Source of the DNA: an uncultured Prevotellaceae bacterium
GTDB taxonomy: Bacteria; Bacteroidota; Bacteroidia; Bacteroidales; Bacteroidaceae
NCBI GenBank assembly: GCA_900313615.1
Contig: OMRP01000016.1
Span: forward strand, 7,505-71,504
Length of the DNA: 64,000 bases
Reading direction: 5' to 3'
In this document: one piece after another, positions 31,989 to 42,474 of the stretch
Layout of the letters: every line of letters starts with the position of its first letter
Position numbering within the stretch: position 1 is the first letter of the stretch
Position numbers and translations under genes: made by a program
The notes under the pieces: model-generated
The model's input: only the letters and a program-made list of their open reading frames with translations
Database searches by the model: none
What the model was told of the DNA's origin: nothing

Positions 31989-32447
31989 ATGACATTAGCA
32001 GAAGCATTGAGCCAGCGCAAGGACTTGCAGGCGCGTATTGAGCAACTGAAAGAGAGGTTGCTCAATAATATCAAGGTGCAGGAGGGTGAAGAGCCGACCG
32101 AGGACCCAAAAGAACTGATGGCGGAACTAAATGGGTGTCTTGACCAGTTGGAGACGCTTATTTTCCGTATCAATGTCACCAATATGCAAACCCTATCGGA
32201 GGGTAAAACCATCACTCAGATGAATGCCGAGCGTGATGTGCTGAAAATGAAGGTGGAGTTCTTGAGAAACCTCACAAATAGTGCATCACAACTCAATAAT
32301 CGCTACTCACGTTCTGAGATAAAGATGGTGACAACTATTGAGGTGAAGCCCTTGCGCAAGCAGATAGACAAGTTGTCGGAGGCGTTGCGCCTGTTAGACA
32401 TGAAGATTCAGACGCTCAACTTCACCACGGACTTGGTGGAAAAGTAA
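31989..32447 (+). CDS. DIP1984 family protein
   Basis: MTLAEAL..RKDL, VQEGEEPTEDP, RYSRSEIK. Confidence 0.85.
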   Translation: MTLAEALSQRKDLQARIEQLKERLLNNIKVQEGEEPTEDPKELMAELNGCLDQLETLIFRINVTNMQTLSEGKTITQMNAERDVLKMKVEFLRNLTNSASQLNNRYSRSEIKMVTTIEVKPLRKQIDKLSEALRLLDMKIQTLNFTTDLVEK

Positions 32448-32511
32448 CTCACAATTGACGATTACCCTCAATACATGTGCTCCCTCCAGAGGGTGGGGGA
32501 GATCCTCATTG

Positions 32512-32700
32512 CCGGCAGACAGACGTAGGGCGAGTTGGAACCTGCTTGGATAAGCATCTATGGAGCCCCGGGGCGGGCGTTTCGCATGGAGCAAGCCCAT
32601 CATGACTGCATGTAGCAAACGGCTGAAACCTATTTTTGTCTGGGTTTTGCCTGCATGTAGCACTTCGCACTACCGCCCAACTGACTACGACTTCTGCCGG
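32512..32700 (+). ncRNA. Candidate structured ncRNA downstream of the DIP1984 gene
   Basis: Nested pairings ccggcaga/tctgccgg, cgtag/ctacg, agttgg/ccaact and tgctt-ggat-aagca, followed by a U-tract. Confidence 0.5.
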
Positions 32701-32739
32701 TACCTTTTTTGTCGCCGGGCTATTGACCGGCGCTTTTGT

Positions 32740-33819
32740 TTATTCCTTAAATGGTAACCATTGCTCAACCCATTCCAGGATGGGTGCCTCGTGGATGTCG
32801 ATAGGGTTGGACAGGGATAGTCCTATGAGGCGGATGGGTTGTTCGCCCCCGATGTCTTGTGACAGGGCTTTGGCCATGGGAAGAATCTGTTCCTTCGTGG
32901 TCAAAGCATGGTCGGCAGACATGCTCCGTGTGATTTGTGTGAAATCGGCGTATTTCACTTTCAGGGTGAGCGTGCGCCCTTCAAAGGCTACTTTCTCACG
33001 CCTTTCGAGCAGTTGCAAAACCGTGTGATACACCTCTATGGCAATGGCTGATGATGATTTGATATCGGTCTCGAAGGTATGTTCGCAACCCAATGACTTA
33101 CGTTCCCACTCGGTGACTACGGGGCGGTGGTCGATGCCCCGTGCAAAGCCATACAGCACAGGACCCAATTTCCCAAAATGCTCGCACAGGTGTTTCTCGC
33201 TCAATTGGCGGAGGTCGGCACCCGTGAACACTCCAATGTGGTGGAGCCTCTCTGCAGTTTTCGGACCGACACCCCAGAACTGTTCGATGCGCAGTTTGGA
33301 AATGAAATCGAAGGCTCGGTCGGGATGAATCACACAGAGTCCATCGGGTTTGCGGTAGTCTGATGCTATCTTGGCGAGAAACTTGTTGTAACTGACACCT
33401 GCTGAAGCCGTCAGGTGTAGTTCTGAGCGGATACGTTGACGTATCTCAGTGGCGATGTCGACGGCCAGATCCATGCCTTTTTTGTTTTCCGTCACGTCAA
33501 GATAGGCTTCATCCAAGGAGAGGGGCTCTATGAGGTCGGTATAGTCGGAAAAGATGTCCCTCACCTGACGTGAAACTTCTTTGTATCGTTCAAAGTGGCT
33601 GTTCACCACGATGAGGTGGGGACAGAGCCGCTTGGCCTTGCTCATGGCCATGGCGGAGTGAACCCCATAGCGACGGGCTTCGTAGGATGCAGTCGACACC
33701 ACACCGCGTGGCCCGTCATAACCTACGGCAATGGCTTTGCCGCGCAGTTCAGGATTGTCGCGCTGCTCCACAGAAGCGAAGAAGGCATCCATGTCAATAT
33801 GTATGATTTTGCGAACCAT
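32740..33819 (-). CDS. dinB: DNA polymerase IV
   Basis: HIDMDAFFASVEQ, SYEAR, SLDEAYLD, KPDG. Confidence 0.95.
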   Translation of the reverse strand: MVRKIIHIDMDAFFASVEQRDNPELRGKAIAVGYDGPRGVVSTASYEARRYGVHSAMAMSKAKRLCPHLIVVNSHFERYKEVSRQVRDIFSDYTDLIEPLSLDEAYLDVTENKKGMDLAVDIATEIRQRIRSELHLTASAGVSYNKFLAKIASDYRKPDGLCVIHPDRAFDFISKLRIEQFWGVGPKTAERLHHIGVFTGADLRQLSEKHLCEHFGKLGPVLYGFARGIDHRPVVTEWERKSLGCEHTFETDIKSSSAIAIEVYHTVLQLLERREKVAFEGRTLTLKVKYADFTQITRSMSADHALTTKEQILPMAKALSQDIGGEQPIRLIGLSLSNPIDIHEAPILEWVEQWLPFKE

Positions 33820-34097
33820 GGAAAAATGTCTGGGCAAAATTACTGCTTTTTTCCTATATGGTCAATAATATTTGCCTATCATTGTAGAAGGATGAGTGGA
33901 AACAGTCTTTGAGGAAATAAATGCATCATATTATCTTACAGATTTAAAATATTTGTATTATCTTTGTCGGTAGAAGAGTAAACTATTAGGAGTAGATAGT
34001 CGGTTGTTTCCGAGCGCAGTTTTTATTGTATCAATAATCATACAAAAAAGCAACCATGAGTCAACAGGTATATATAATTTCTTCAAAAAATCGAAAA

Positions 34098-34135
34098 CCT
34101 CTGCCACGATATGGCGCCCCATTGCTGTATCTTTG
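34098..34135 (+). promoter_or_regulatory. Putative WYL operator/promoter motif (copies at 42010-42047 and 43264-43301)
   Basis: CCTCTGCC begins exactly 30 bp before the -7 octamer in all three promoters. Confidence 0.65.
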
Positions 34136-34175
34136 CGGAAAATTATATTCTAACGCGTAAACTAATAAGTTGAAG

Positions 34176-35108
34176 ATGGCAAACAACGATAGAGGGCAAA
34201 GCCTGATTACCAAATATGTTTGGGTGATAGAGACCATTTATCGCGCCAAGAAAATCTCGTTCAAGAAATTGAATGAGAAATGGCTTCGTGATGACATTAG
34301 CAGAGGTGTGGATATTCCAAAACGTACTTTTGACAACTGGCGTTATGTCATTTGGGATATGTTCGGTATCAGCATCGTCAACGAGAACCGTGGTGAATAC
34401 CGTTATTATATCGAGAACGAAAAAGACTTCATCAATAATGGGTTTAGCTCATGGTTAATCAACACCATCAGTGTGAGCAATGCCTTAGCAAACAGCCAGA
34501 GCATCAAAGACCGCATCATTCTGGAATACGTGCCGTCTGGCCAGAACTACCTTCAGCCCATCATTGAGGCAATGAAGGAGAACCGTGTACTCAACATGAC
34601 CTATCACAGTTATTGGAAGGACGAGGAAAACAACTTCGATGTGCAGCCGTACTGTGCAAAACTGTTCCGGCAGCGTTGGTACATGGTGGCACGAAGCACT
34701 GATCCATATTATTATAAAAATGGACCGTTCATCTATTCTCTTGACCGAATTAAATATCTTCACGCAACAGATGAGAGATTTGAAATACCAAAGGGTTGGA
34801 CAGCCAAGGATTTCTTTGATGGTTGTTTTGGCATCATAGCCGAACAGTCTGTCAAGATTCAACCTATTAAGTTAAAAGTATCAGCAGGGCAAGCCAACTA
34901 TATCCGCGACCTGAAGATGCACGAGTCGCAGGAAGAGATAGAGCGCAATGAAGAGTATAGCATCTTTACCTTCAATCTCCGTCCAGAGTTCGACTTCCAG
35001 CAGGAATTGCTTTGGAACGGAGAGGATATGGAAGTGCTGGAACCCTACTGGCTTCGCAAAGAGATTGCCGGTAAGATAAATAGAATGTGGAACAAATATA
35101 ATAAGTAA
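34176..35108 (+). CDS. WYL-domain transcriptional regulator
   Basis: N-terminal wHTH, VQPY..KLFRQRWYMV, YSLDRI, EVLEP.WLR. Confidence 0.9.
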   Translation: MANNDRGQSLITKYVWVIETIYRAKKISFKKLNEKWLRDDISRGVDIPKRTFDNWRYVIWDMFGISIVNENRGEYRYYIENEKDFINNGFSSWLINTISVSNALANSQSIKDRIILEYVPSGQNYLQPIIEAMKENRVLNMTYHSYWKDEENNFDVQPYCAKLFRQRWYMVARSTDPYYYKNGPFIYSLDRIKYLHATDERFEIPKGWTAKDFFDGCFGIIAEQSVKIQPIKLKVSAGQANYIRDLKMHESQEEIERNEEYSIFTFNLRPEFDFQQELLWNGEDMEVLEPYWLRKEIAGKINRMWNKYNK

Positions 35109-35119
35109 AAATTTCATTT

Positions 35120-35815
35120 ATGTACATGACAATCAGCGACGTAACCCTAAAATATCTTTGTCAAAAGTATCGCCATGACATTGGATTGGGTACAAACAAA
35201 TTCCTTCCTGGTATAAAAATCCGCTATGTAGCAGCAAACAAACATTTCGGCTATGCCTATTTCGGAGATTTTTTCTTCTTTGGCGATGACTTTTATGTTT
35301 GGGAGAAAGACGACAAATATGCAGCAGACCATAATCAGGACATCGTTGAGGAAGTATTTGGCGATGAATGCAAAGGGCGTGGCTATGCCCGCAGAGTCAT
35401 ATTTGCCGGTGTTTTGACGGATTTTACCGACGACAATGGAGAAGGAATATACACTGGTGATGTTATAAAGGTAGAAATGAAGGACGAATACACAAGATAT
35501 TTTGCTGTTGGAGCCTGGAGTTATGAAGATGGCAAAGGAGAGTATTGCTTCATCCTCGACAACCACAATTGGTCGATGGAAGATTGTCAGAGGCAGCATT
35601 ATCAGATGACACGTGTGGGCACAGTGTTTTATCAGTTGGACGCGAGTGATTCAATTAGGGTCAACCATCGTGTCATGAACTTTAATGGATGGAGAGATAC
35701 AGAAGAAGACAGGCTGCAAAAAGTCTTAATGGCAAAATACACACCCAACTTCGATCAGGAATTCTGGAAATATGGAGGACTTGAAATAATGGGAGTAGAA
35801 TATGATTGGAGATAA
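35120..35815 (+). CDS. Hypothetical protein (YopX-like segment)
   Basis: TDDNGEGIYTGDVI motif; in operon with the WYL gene. Confidence 0.55.
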   Translation: MYMTISDVTLKYLCQKYRHDIGLGTNKFLPGIKIRYVAANKHFGYAYFGDFFFFGDDFYVWEKDDKYAADHNQDIVEEVFGDECKGRGYARRVIFAGVLTDFTDDNGEGIYTGDVIKVEMKDEYTRYFAVGAWSYEDGKGEYCFILDNHNWSMEDCQRQHYQMTRVGTVFYQLDASDSIRVNHRVMNFNGWRDTEEDRLQKVLMAKYTPNFDQEFWKYGGLEIMGVEYDWR

Positions 35816-35830
35816 ATAATAGAAACTAAT

Positions 35831-36415
35831 ATGAAAACGAAACAAAAAATCGATCAAACGCGCAAAGCTCGCGTTGGTGCTATTGGTGAGAATTTGGTTG
35901 TAGCAAAACTAATGCAGCAAGGATGGGACGCTTTTAATGCGAATTGTACCATCAAGAACTATAAGTCTGTTGATATTGTTTGCCTCAACGCAGACTTGAA
36001 GGAAAGTGACGAGTTATGGTGGAAGCCTAGAATATCTCTCGTGCAGGTCAAAACATGTGTACAGAATATTATTCCTGCGGGCTTTAGCATACAAGAAGCA
36101 CTCAACAAAGACTATTTGCAGCAGATGGTGAAAGGCCCGTATGTATTTGTATCTGCAAAGCCGAATGAAGACGGATATGCGTTCCGCTATTTCATCATTT
36201 CTCGCACCCAATTCATAGATTTACTATACGTGGCACACCATTATTATGTGAACGTTCTTCATCAAAACGACAAAATTAAACTTTCTGCACCATCCTGTCT
36301 CGCCATTAGTTGGTTGGAAGGTAAGCCTGAGTTCTCTCCGAGAAATCAGGCAGACTTTGGCAATCCATTATCGGAATCGTGCGAGGATAAGTGGGAGAAT
36401 ATTTGGAAAGACTGA
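35831..36415 (+). CDS. PD-(D/E)XK family nuclease
   Basis: GE.LV..L...G, VDIV...VQVKT. Confidence 0.65.
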   Translation: MKTKQKIDQTRKARVGAIGENLVVAKLMQQGWDAFNANCTIKNYKSVDIVCLNADLKESDELWWKPRISLVQVKTCVQNIIPAGFSIQEALNKDYLQQMVKGPYVFVSAKPNEDGYAFRYFIISRTQFIDLLYVAHHYYVNVLHQNDKIKLSAPSCLAISWLEGKPEFSPRNQADFGNPLSESCEDKWENIWKD

Positions 36416-36416
36416 A

Positions 36417-36908
36417 ATGAAAGATTTTGCAGCAATTGATTTTGAAACCGCCAACAACGAGCGCAGCAGCGTTTGCTCTGTTGGTATCGTTATCGTTAGG
36501 AACGGCGAGATAGTCGATTCGTTCTACTCCCTCATTCAGCCCGAACCGAACTACTACAACTACTGGTGTTCGCAGGTTCATGGCCTTTGCCGGAGAGACA
36601 CAGAAGATGCCCCCATCTTCCCTGAAGTCTGGGCACAGATAGAGCCGCTGATAGAGGGTCTGCCCCTTGTGGCCCACAACAGACCCTTCGATGAAAGCTG
36701 TCTGAAAGCCGTCTTCCGCGTCTATCGGATGGACTATCCCGACTATGAGTTCTACGACACCCTTTGTGTTTCGCGGCGAGTTATGCCAGAATTGGAAAAC
36801 CACCAGCTCCACACCGTCGCTGCAGCTTGTGGCTACGAGTTAGAGAATCATCACCACGCACTTGCTGATGCAGAGGCATGTGCATGGATTGCAAGAAAAA
36901 TTTTATAA
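36417..36908 (+). CDS. DEDDh 3'-5' exonuclease
   Basis: AIDFETAN, AHN..FD, HHALADA. Confidence 0.9.
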   Translation: MKDFAAIDFETANNERSSVCSVGIVIVRNGEIVDSFYSLIQPEPNYYNYWCSQVHGLCRRDTEDAPIFPEVWAQIEPLIEGLPLVAHNRPFDESCLKAVFRVYRMDYPDYEFYDTLCVSRRVMPELENHQLHTVAAACGYELENHHHALADAEACAWIARKIL

Positions 36909-36920
36909 ATATAAACAATT

Positions 36921-37397
36921 ATGAAAATAGAAACAAAAGGTATATTTGAAGCTCTTCCCAATTGTATGTCTCTCCAAGATATAATAGATTATTTAGATTC
37001 GAGGAATTATGACGAAAGGAAAGCGAAAGAAGAATATCACGAAATGTACGAAGAAGGTTCCATCATTCTAAATAATAGAATCAAAGTTTCATGTGAGAGT
37101 AAGAATAGAGTACAAATCGAATATACCGAATTTGAACGTCGTTCTATTGTAAAGGATGACTATATAGTACATCAACCTTCTTGGCTTATTGTGCCTACAA
37201 CATACTCTAATGATGTGTGGGTGCGAGGTTCTGTAGTATGTTATTTTACCAAACGGGAAGAACAGAGTTCCGATCCATTTGTGGGACAATTCAAATGCAA
37301 CCATTCAGTTAAAAGAACATATTCAGGAGTTGTACATTGTCCATACACAGAATTAACTGCACAAAAACTTGAACTGATGTTAAAAGATAGCATATGA
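36921..37397 (+). CDS. Hypothetical protein
   Basis: 158-aa AT-rich ORF in the operon. Confidence 0.55.
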   Translation: MKIETKGIFEALPNCMSLQDIIDYLDSRNYDERKAKEEYHEMYEEGSIILNNRIKVSCESKNRVQIEYTEFERRSIVKDDYIVHQPSWLIVPTTYSNDVWVRGSVVCYFTKREEQSSDPFVGQFKCNHSVKRTYSGVVHCPYTELTAQKLELMLKDSI

Positions 37398-37500
37398 AAT
37401 CTTAAATATAACATAGATGAGGTTCGGTACGATGATGTTGAAGCGGATAAGTTAAGTATTCAAATTCCTATCATTTTAAATGATTAAACTATAATAATAT

Positions 37501-39186
37501 ATGAGTGCCATTATTTCTTTGGGTGATTTAATTGCTCAGAATCCTATAATAACAATTCCTCCTTATCAAAGAGGATATATCTGGGGGAAAAACAGAAAAG
37601 ATACATCAGAGAATTCTGTAGAACATATTTTACGAAGTATCAGAGACAGCATATTAACTCCTTCGATACCCAAACAATTATTTCTTCAAGGTCTTACTGT
37701 GTCTGAAACCTCAGATGGGATTAGTGTCATTGATGGTCAACAGAGAATGACCTTTTTCTTCTTGTTGCTTACATGTTTGCAATATAAGAATAATATGCAG
37801 ATACGTTATAATGTAAGACGTGATAATTGTGTGGGTGGCGCAGGTGAGTTTTTACGCAGTATTATTGGTAAAAGCACAGATGAATTACATGAGATGGCCA
37901 AAGAAGACACGAACGAAAAATTTCAGGATTTGTATTTCTTCAAAAAAACTATCAGAACCATACTGGCAGAGAACATACCTCATGAAAGGATTAACGATAT
38001 ACTTACCAATATCCGGTTCCTATATATTGTAATTCCTGACAGGAAAGCATCGACAGTGTTTACTATGATGAATGGCAACAAAGCAGACATGTCCGAAGAA
38101 GAAATTATAAAAGCAGAATTGCTACGCCTTGTTTCTCTTTCGGATGATAATAGTGAAGACATACGCTGGGAGCAGAATGCCTTAAGAAGCCGTTATGCCA
38201 GAGAGTGGGACAAGTGGTTGTACTGGTGGAATCAAAATAAAGTTAGAGAATTCTACCGCACAGAAGGACATACCATGGGATGGCTATTGAGAACTTACTT
38301 TGTTCGTCGCGCGCAGGGGAAAAAGCAGTTTTCTTTTGAAAATTTCAAAGAAACATGCCTCTTGGGGGAGAATCCTGAACTCTCTGCAAAACAGACTTTC
38401 TATGATTTGAGGCATCTTCAAAAGTCATTTGAAGACATATATAATAGTGCGTATGAAACAGAAAGAAAAAAGAGACTACACAATATCATAGGCGCAATTT
38501 TATTATTGCTTCCCAAAGGGGATAGGAGCAAGTTTATTATAGACTATTTTGCTCATGCAAATTCTTTCGATGTGCGTGACTATTATAAGATTATTTTCCT
38601 TGAAAGCGGTCTTTCACATTCACAAATTATTAAATATCTTTCAAATATAGATGCTGATGAAGAACTGAAAACAAAGAAAATTGAAATGCTACGTTCATTG
38701 TCAAGTGATAATCTCTATAATGAAGATAATAGCTATGCTTTTTTGCAATTACTACGTCGAAATATTGAAGAAGACACAAAACTTGGAAGACCTTTTGATT
38801 TCAAAATCTGGAAAGAACGGTCATTGGAACATATTTTCCCAAAATCAAAAGTCTTTGATTCCGTTAGCAATCAGATTGAAGCAGGAGAAGGCAATAACGA
38901 AGATATGCTTGACCGTTCAAAATTTAATGGGAATGGTAGTGAGCATTGTATTGGTAATTTGGTACTTCTCTACAAAAATGAAAATTCAAAATTCGGCGCA
39001 AAAACTGTTGAAGAAAAAAAGAGTATATATTTCCAAGTTGACGAAGAAGATAAACCCTTCCGTAGTCGACATTTATTGCATTCCATGTCTGTTTTTGCCA
39101 AAAGTTCATGGGGTATAAGAGAGATACAAGAAAATAAGGAGTCAATTCTCAATGAAATAAAAAACTACTATGGCATTGAAATATAA
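37501..39186 (+). CDS. GmrSD-like protein (DUF262 + DUF1524 HNH)
   Basis: IPPYQRGYIW, IDGQQR, SLEHIFPK, IGNLVLL. Confidence 0.88.
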   Translation: MSAIISLGDLIAQNPIITIPPYQRGYIWGKNRKDTSENSVEHILRSIRDSILTPSIPKQLFLQGLTVSETSDGISVIDGQQRMTFFFLLLTCLQYKNNMQIRYNVRRDNCVGGAGEFLRSIIGKSTDELHEMAKEDTNEKFQDLYFFKKTIRTILAENIPHERINDILTNIRFLYIVIPDRKASTVFTMMNGNKADMSEEEIIKAELLRLVSLSDDNSEDIRWEQNALRSRYAREWDKWLYWWNQNKVREFYRTEGHTMGWLLRTYFVRRAQGKKQFSFENFKETCLLGENPELSAKQTFYDLRHLQKSFEDIYNSAYETERKKRLHNIIGAILLLLPKGDRSKFIIDYFAHANSFDVRDYYKIIFLESGLSHSQIIKYLSNIDADEELKTKKIEMLRSLSSDNLYNEDNSYAFLQLLRRNIEEDTKLGRPFDFKIWKERSLEHIFPKSKVFDSVSNQIEAGEGNNEDMLDRSKFNGNGSEHCIGNLVLLYKNENSKFGAKTVEEKKSIYFQVDEEDKPFRSRHLLHSMSVFAKSSWGIREIQENKESILNEIKNYYGIEI

Positions 39187-41509
39187 TAAACTCGTATCGG
39201 GTGAAACATACAAGCTTTCGTATATATTGTCTGACGACAATAGGGTTATTATTCCCGACCTTCAAAGAGACTATTGTTGGGGCGACAAAGTAACGTCTTC
39301 GGATATATCCAAAACTTATGCTTATGCTTTTGTGGAGGGTCTGATTAATAATCTTGCCAATGATTCTCTTAATTTGGGGCTTATTTATGGATACGAGGCA
39401 CCTGCTGGTCATATTCAACTTTGTGATGGACAACAACGCTTCACCACATTGTTTTTACTTATTGGTATGATCAACCGAAAAACGGAGAATAATGGATTTC
39501 AGAGTTACTTGATTTCAGACTTTGAATTGTCTGATGATCACGAACCACGACTTCAATATGCAATAAGGGAATCATCTCTATATTTCCTAAGTGACCTCAC
39601 CATGCATTTTTTCCTTGGTGGACATAACCTGCATGTATCTGACATAGAAAAGCAATCGTGGTTCTTTAATGATTATAAGCTAGATCCCAGCATTCAAAGT
39701 ATGCTAAAATCGTTGGAAGATATAGAAACGATTCTTGATACATCTGGATTAAATCCTGTGGATATAGGAAATAGGATTGTTGATAATCTGACATTCATGT
39801 ACTATGATATGGAAAATCGCCGTACAGGGGAAGAAACTTTCGTCATAATTAACACAACAGGAGAACCTCTATCAACAACGGAGAACTTGAAAGCGATGTT
39901 ATTTAGCCATCAAAGTAATGAACAAAGGAATGAATGTGTTGACAGATGGGAAACTTGGGAACAGTTCTTTTGGAAACAAAGAGATAAAAAGAAAAATGAC
40001 ACCGCAGACAATGGAATGGCGGAATTCTTCAGGTGGATAATGTTATTGAGACATCATGAACTTCAAGAAGAAACGGAATTTGAAAAAATTCAAGAGTCAG
40101 GAAGCTACACATTGGATCTTTCAATTCCTGTATCATTGTTAAACGAATATTTTGAAATCGTAAAATGGTTATTTGATGACCAAAATGGTGTTTTTTTAAA
40201 TAATTTAGCTTGGCTTTCACCTGAAGAAGGAAATCATGAACAGATTGTTTGGTTTAGGTTATTACCAGTTATTGCTTATGTCAAACGTTTTCCTATTAAT
40301 GACTATCTGAGACAACATAATGATGCATCGATTGAAGATTATAAACGTTCCGTAATAAGAATCAAAAACCTTTTTAAGAGCCTTAGTAAAAACAGAAATG
40401 TCCAAAGAGCAATTAAGACTTTGTTACCTAATGCTCTTTCACTAATTCAGCGGATGCCATCAGATGATATCGTTTCCTCAATTTTGATTGAAGATGGTAT
40501 TTCTACTATGATTCTGTCTGAGGAAGTAAAGAAAAAACTATCTATATATCAAGATTCTGATTCCAATCGCAATAAAATTGAAGATGTATTCTGGAAAGCA
40601 GAGGAACATAATGTCTGGAATGGAGAGATTATGCCAATGATAAGATGGTCTATTGATGACGAAAATATTTTTGACTTTAATGCCTTCAAAGAATATTGGC
40701 GAATATTCAACGCACTTTTTTATGGTGAGATGGATTATGCAGAGTTAGATATAACTCGAAGGGCTCTTATCGCTCATGGTCTGGATAATTATCCTAGATA
40801 TTTTAGAGGAAACACTAATTGCAGCTTTGCATATGAGTATAGCGATTGGCATGAATTGATATTCTCAAACGTTTCTTTGTTCAAAACTTTCATGGATCAA
40901 ATAATAGGATTTGCATCAAAAGAAGAATTGATTGAACGTCAAAATGTCATTATAAATCGATTCCCATACCATAAAGAGTACGCAGAATTTGTACATATAC
41001 CTCAATTATTACAGTATTGTGACGAAAAGAATATTCAATTCTGGTGGGGAACATGGTTCTTAATGAAGAAACAAAAATGGTCAGCAGAACATGCAAATAT
41101 AAAAGCATATAAGTACTATCTAAAGCTAAAATTAGAAGCGGAAAGACCTGGATGGAAACTTCAATTCTGGCCTCGTAACGAAACGTGTGTATTTTATGAC
41201 CAAATTGCAGATAGAAAACCATATATCGCAGTTGATATGATATGGAATACAGGTGAAAACCATGACTTAATGGAGATAGATCTATTCCTAAAGCCAACTG
41301 ATATTCCGGAAATCCGCGAATATGCCAAGGCTTTACTGAAATCTGTAGCAGATAGTTTGTCATATGAATGGATAAACGGCCGGTATCGATTGTTTTTAGA
41401 TTTACCAAAAGATGAAAATGAATCGTTTTTAATGATGGACAAGTGCAGACATGCCCTGTTTAATAAACTGTCAGAAAATGAGTCATTGTTGAATTTTGAA
41501 AACAAGTGA
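39170..41509 (+). CDS. DUF262 domain protein
   Basis: IPDLQRDYCW, CDGQQRFTT, INTTGEPL. Confidence 0.85.
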   Translation: MALKYNKLVSGETYKLSYILSDDNRVIIPDLQRDYCWGDKVTSSDISKTYAYAFVEGLINNLANDSLNLGLIYGYEAPAGHIQLCDGQQRFTTLFLLIGMINRKTENNGFQSYLISDFELSDDHEPRLQYAIRESSLYFLSDLTMHFFLGGHNLHVSDIEKQSWFFNDYKLDPSIQSMLKSLEDIETILDTSGLNPVDIGNRIVDNLTFMYYDMENRRTGEETFVIINTTGEPLSTTENLKAMLFSHQSNEQRNECVDRWETWEQFFWKQRDKKKNDTADNGMAEFFRWIMLLRHHELQEETEFEKIQESGSYTLDLSIPVSLLNEYFEIVKWLFDDQNGVFLNNLAWLSPEEGNHEQIVWFRLLPVIAYVKRFPINDYLRQHNDASIEDYKRSVIRIKNLFKSLSKNRNVQRAIKTLLPNALSLIQRMPSDDIVSSILIEDGISTMILSEEVKKKLSIYQDSDSNRNKIEDVFWKAEEHNVWNGEIMPMIRWSIDDENIFDFNAFKEYWRIFNALFYGEMDYAELDITRRALIAHGLDNYPRYFRGNTNCSFAYEYSDWHELIFSNVSLFKTFMDQIIGFASKEELIERQNVIINRFPYHKEYAEFVHIPQLLQYCDEKNIQFWWGTWFLMKKQKWSAEHANIKAYKYYLKLKLEAERPGWKLQFWPRNETCVFYDQIADRKPYIAVDMIWNTGENHDLMEIDLFLKPTDIPEIREYAKALLKSVADSLSYEWINGRYRLFLDLPKDENESFLMMDKCRHALFNKLSENESLLNFENK

Positions 41510-41513
41510 CGAT

Positions 41514-41983
41514 ATGCTAAAGTATATCTCCAATGCCGACCATTTTAAAGAGGTGCTATCACGGGTTCAATCCGTGAAGCACATGCTTTGGATTGGTACT
41601 GCCGACATAAAAGACTTGTATGTAGAGGTGGTCAAAGAGAAGAAGCCTTTTCTTGCTCTTATCGCATGCAAAAGAACCTGGTCTGAACTTTCGTGAAGAT
41701 TTTGACAAGTACCCAGTGCTGTATGACCGCTTGGAACGTGTGCTTTGTCCGCGTGTTCATTTCAAGATGCTTGTGTTCGATGGGAAGGAGGTGTATGTAG
41801 GAAGTGCGAACCGGTGCTGGAATTGGCATGAAGGCTGAAACTACTCGCAACTTAGAGGCAGGCATATTAACTGATAATCAAGAAATCGTAGAAAAGGCCA
41901 TGAACCAGTTCGATGATGTCTGGACAGGAAAGCATTGCAAATCATGTAAGCGTAGAGACTATTGCTCAGGCCCAATCATTTAA
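41514..41983 (+). pseudogene. Frameshifted phospholipase D-like (HKD) nuclease
   Basis: HFKMLVFD...GSAN, RNLEAG and C-terminal CxxC are split across three frames. Confidence 0.75.
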
Positions 41984-42073
41984 TCAAGACAAAATGTACT
42001 TTTCTATAACCTCTGCCGCATGTTTGCGTAAGTTCGAATTTTCTTTGCACAAAAATTTGAATATTGATATAAT

Positions 42074-42448
42074 ATGAAAAGTTATCGATTCGTACATTTG
42101 AATGTTCACTCCCATTATTCAATAAATGATGGGTGTGCCAGCATAAAGGAACTTGTTGATGCTGCCATCAAAGACAAGATGCCTGGCATTGCTATTACTG
42201 ACAATGGTAATATGTTTGGGGTGATGGAGTTTTTCGATTATGTTTCTCGTATCAACAATGAAAGACGGCAGAAGGGGAAGAAACCTTTTAAGCCTATCAT
42301 TGGTTGTGAACTGTATGTTGCGCCAGGAGCAATGGAGGACAAGAAACTTGGCAAGCACTGCAAAGGATATCGCTTAACAGTCTTGGCAAAGAACTATCAA
42401 GGCTACAGAAACCTCATCAAGATTGTCAGTAACTCATGGACTAATTGA
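42074..42448 (+). pseudogene. Truncated DnaE PHP domain
   Basis: FVHLNVHSHYS, AITDNGNMFG, KPIIGCELY; stops after 124 aa. Confidence 0.75.
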
Positions 42449-42474
42449 AAAGTTGGACTTAAATATTTATTATC

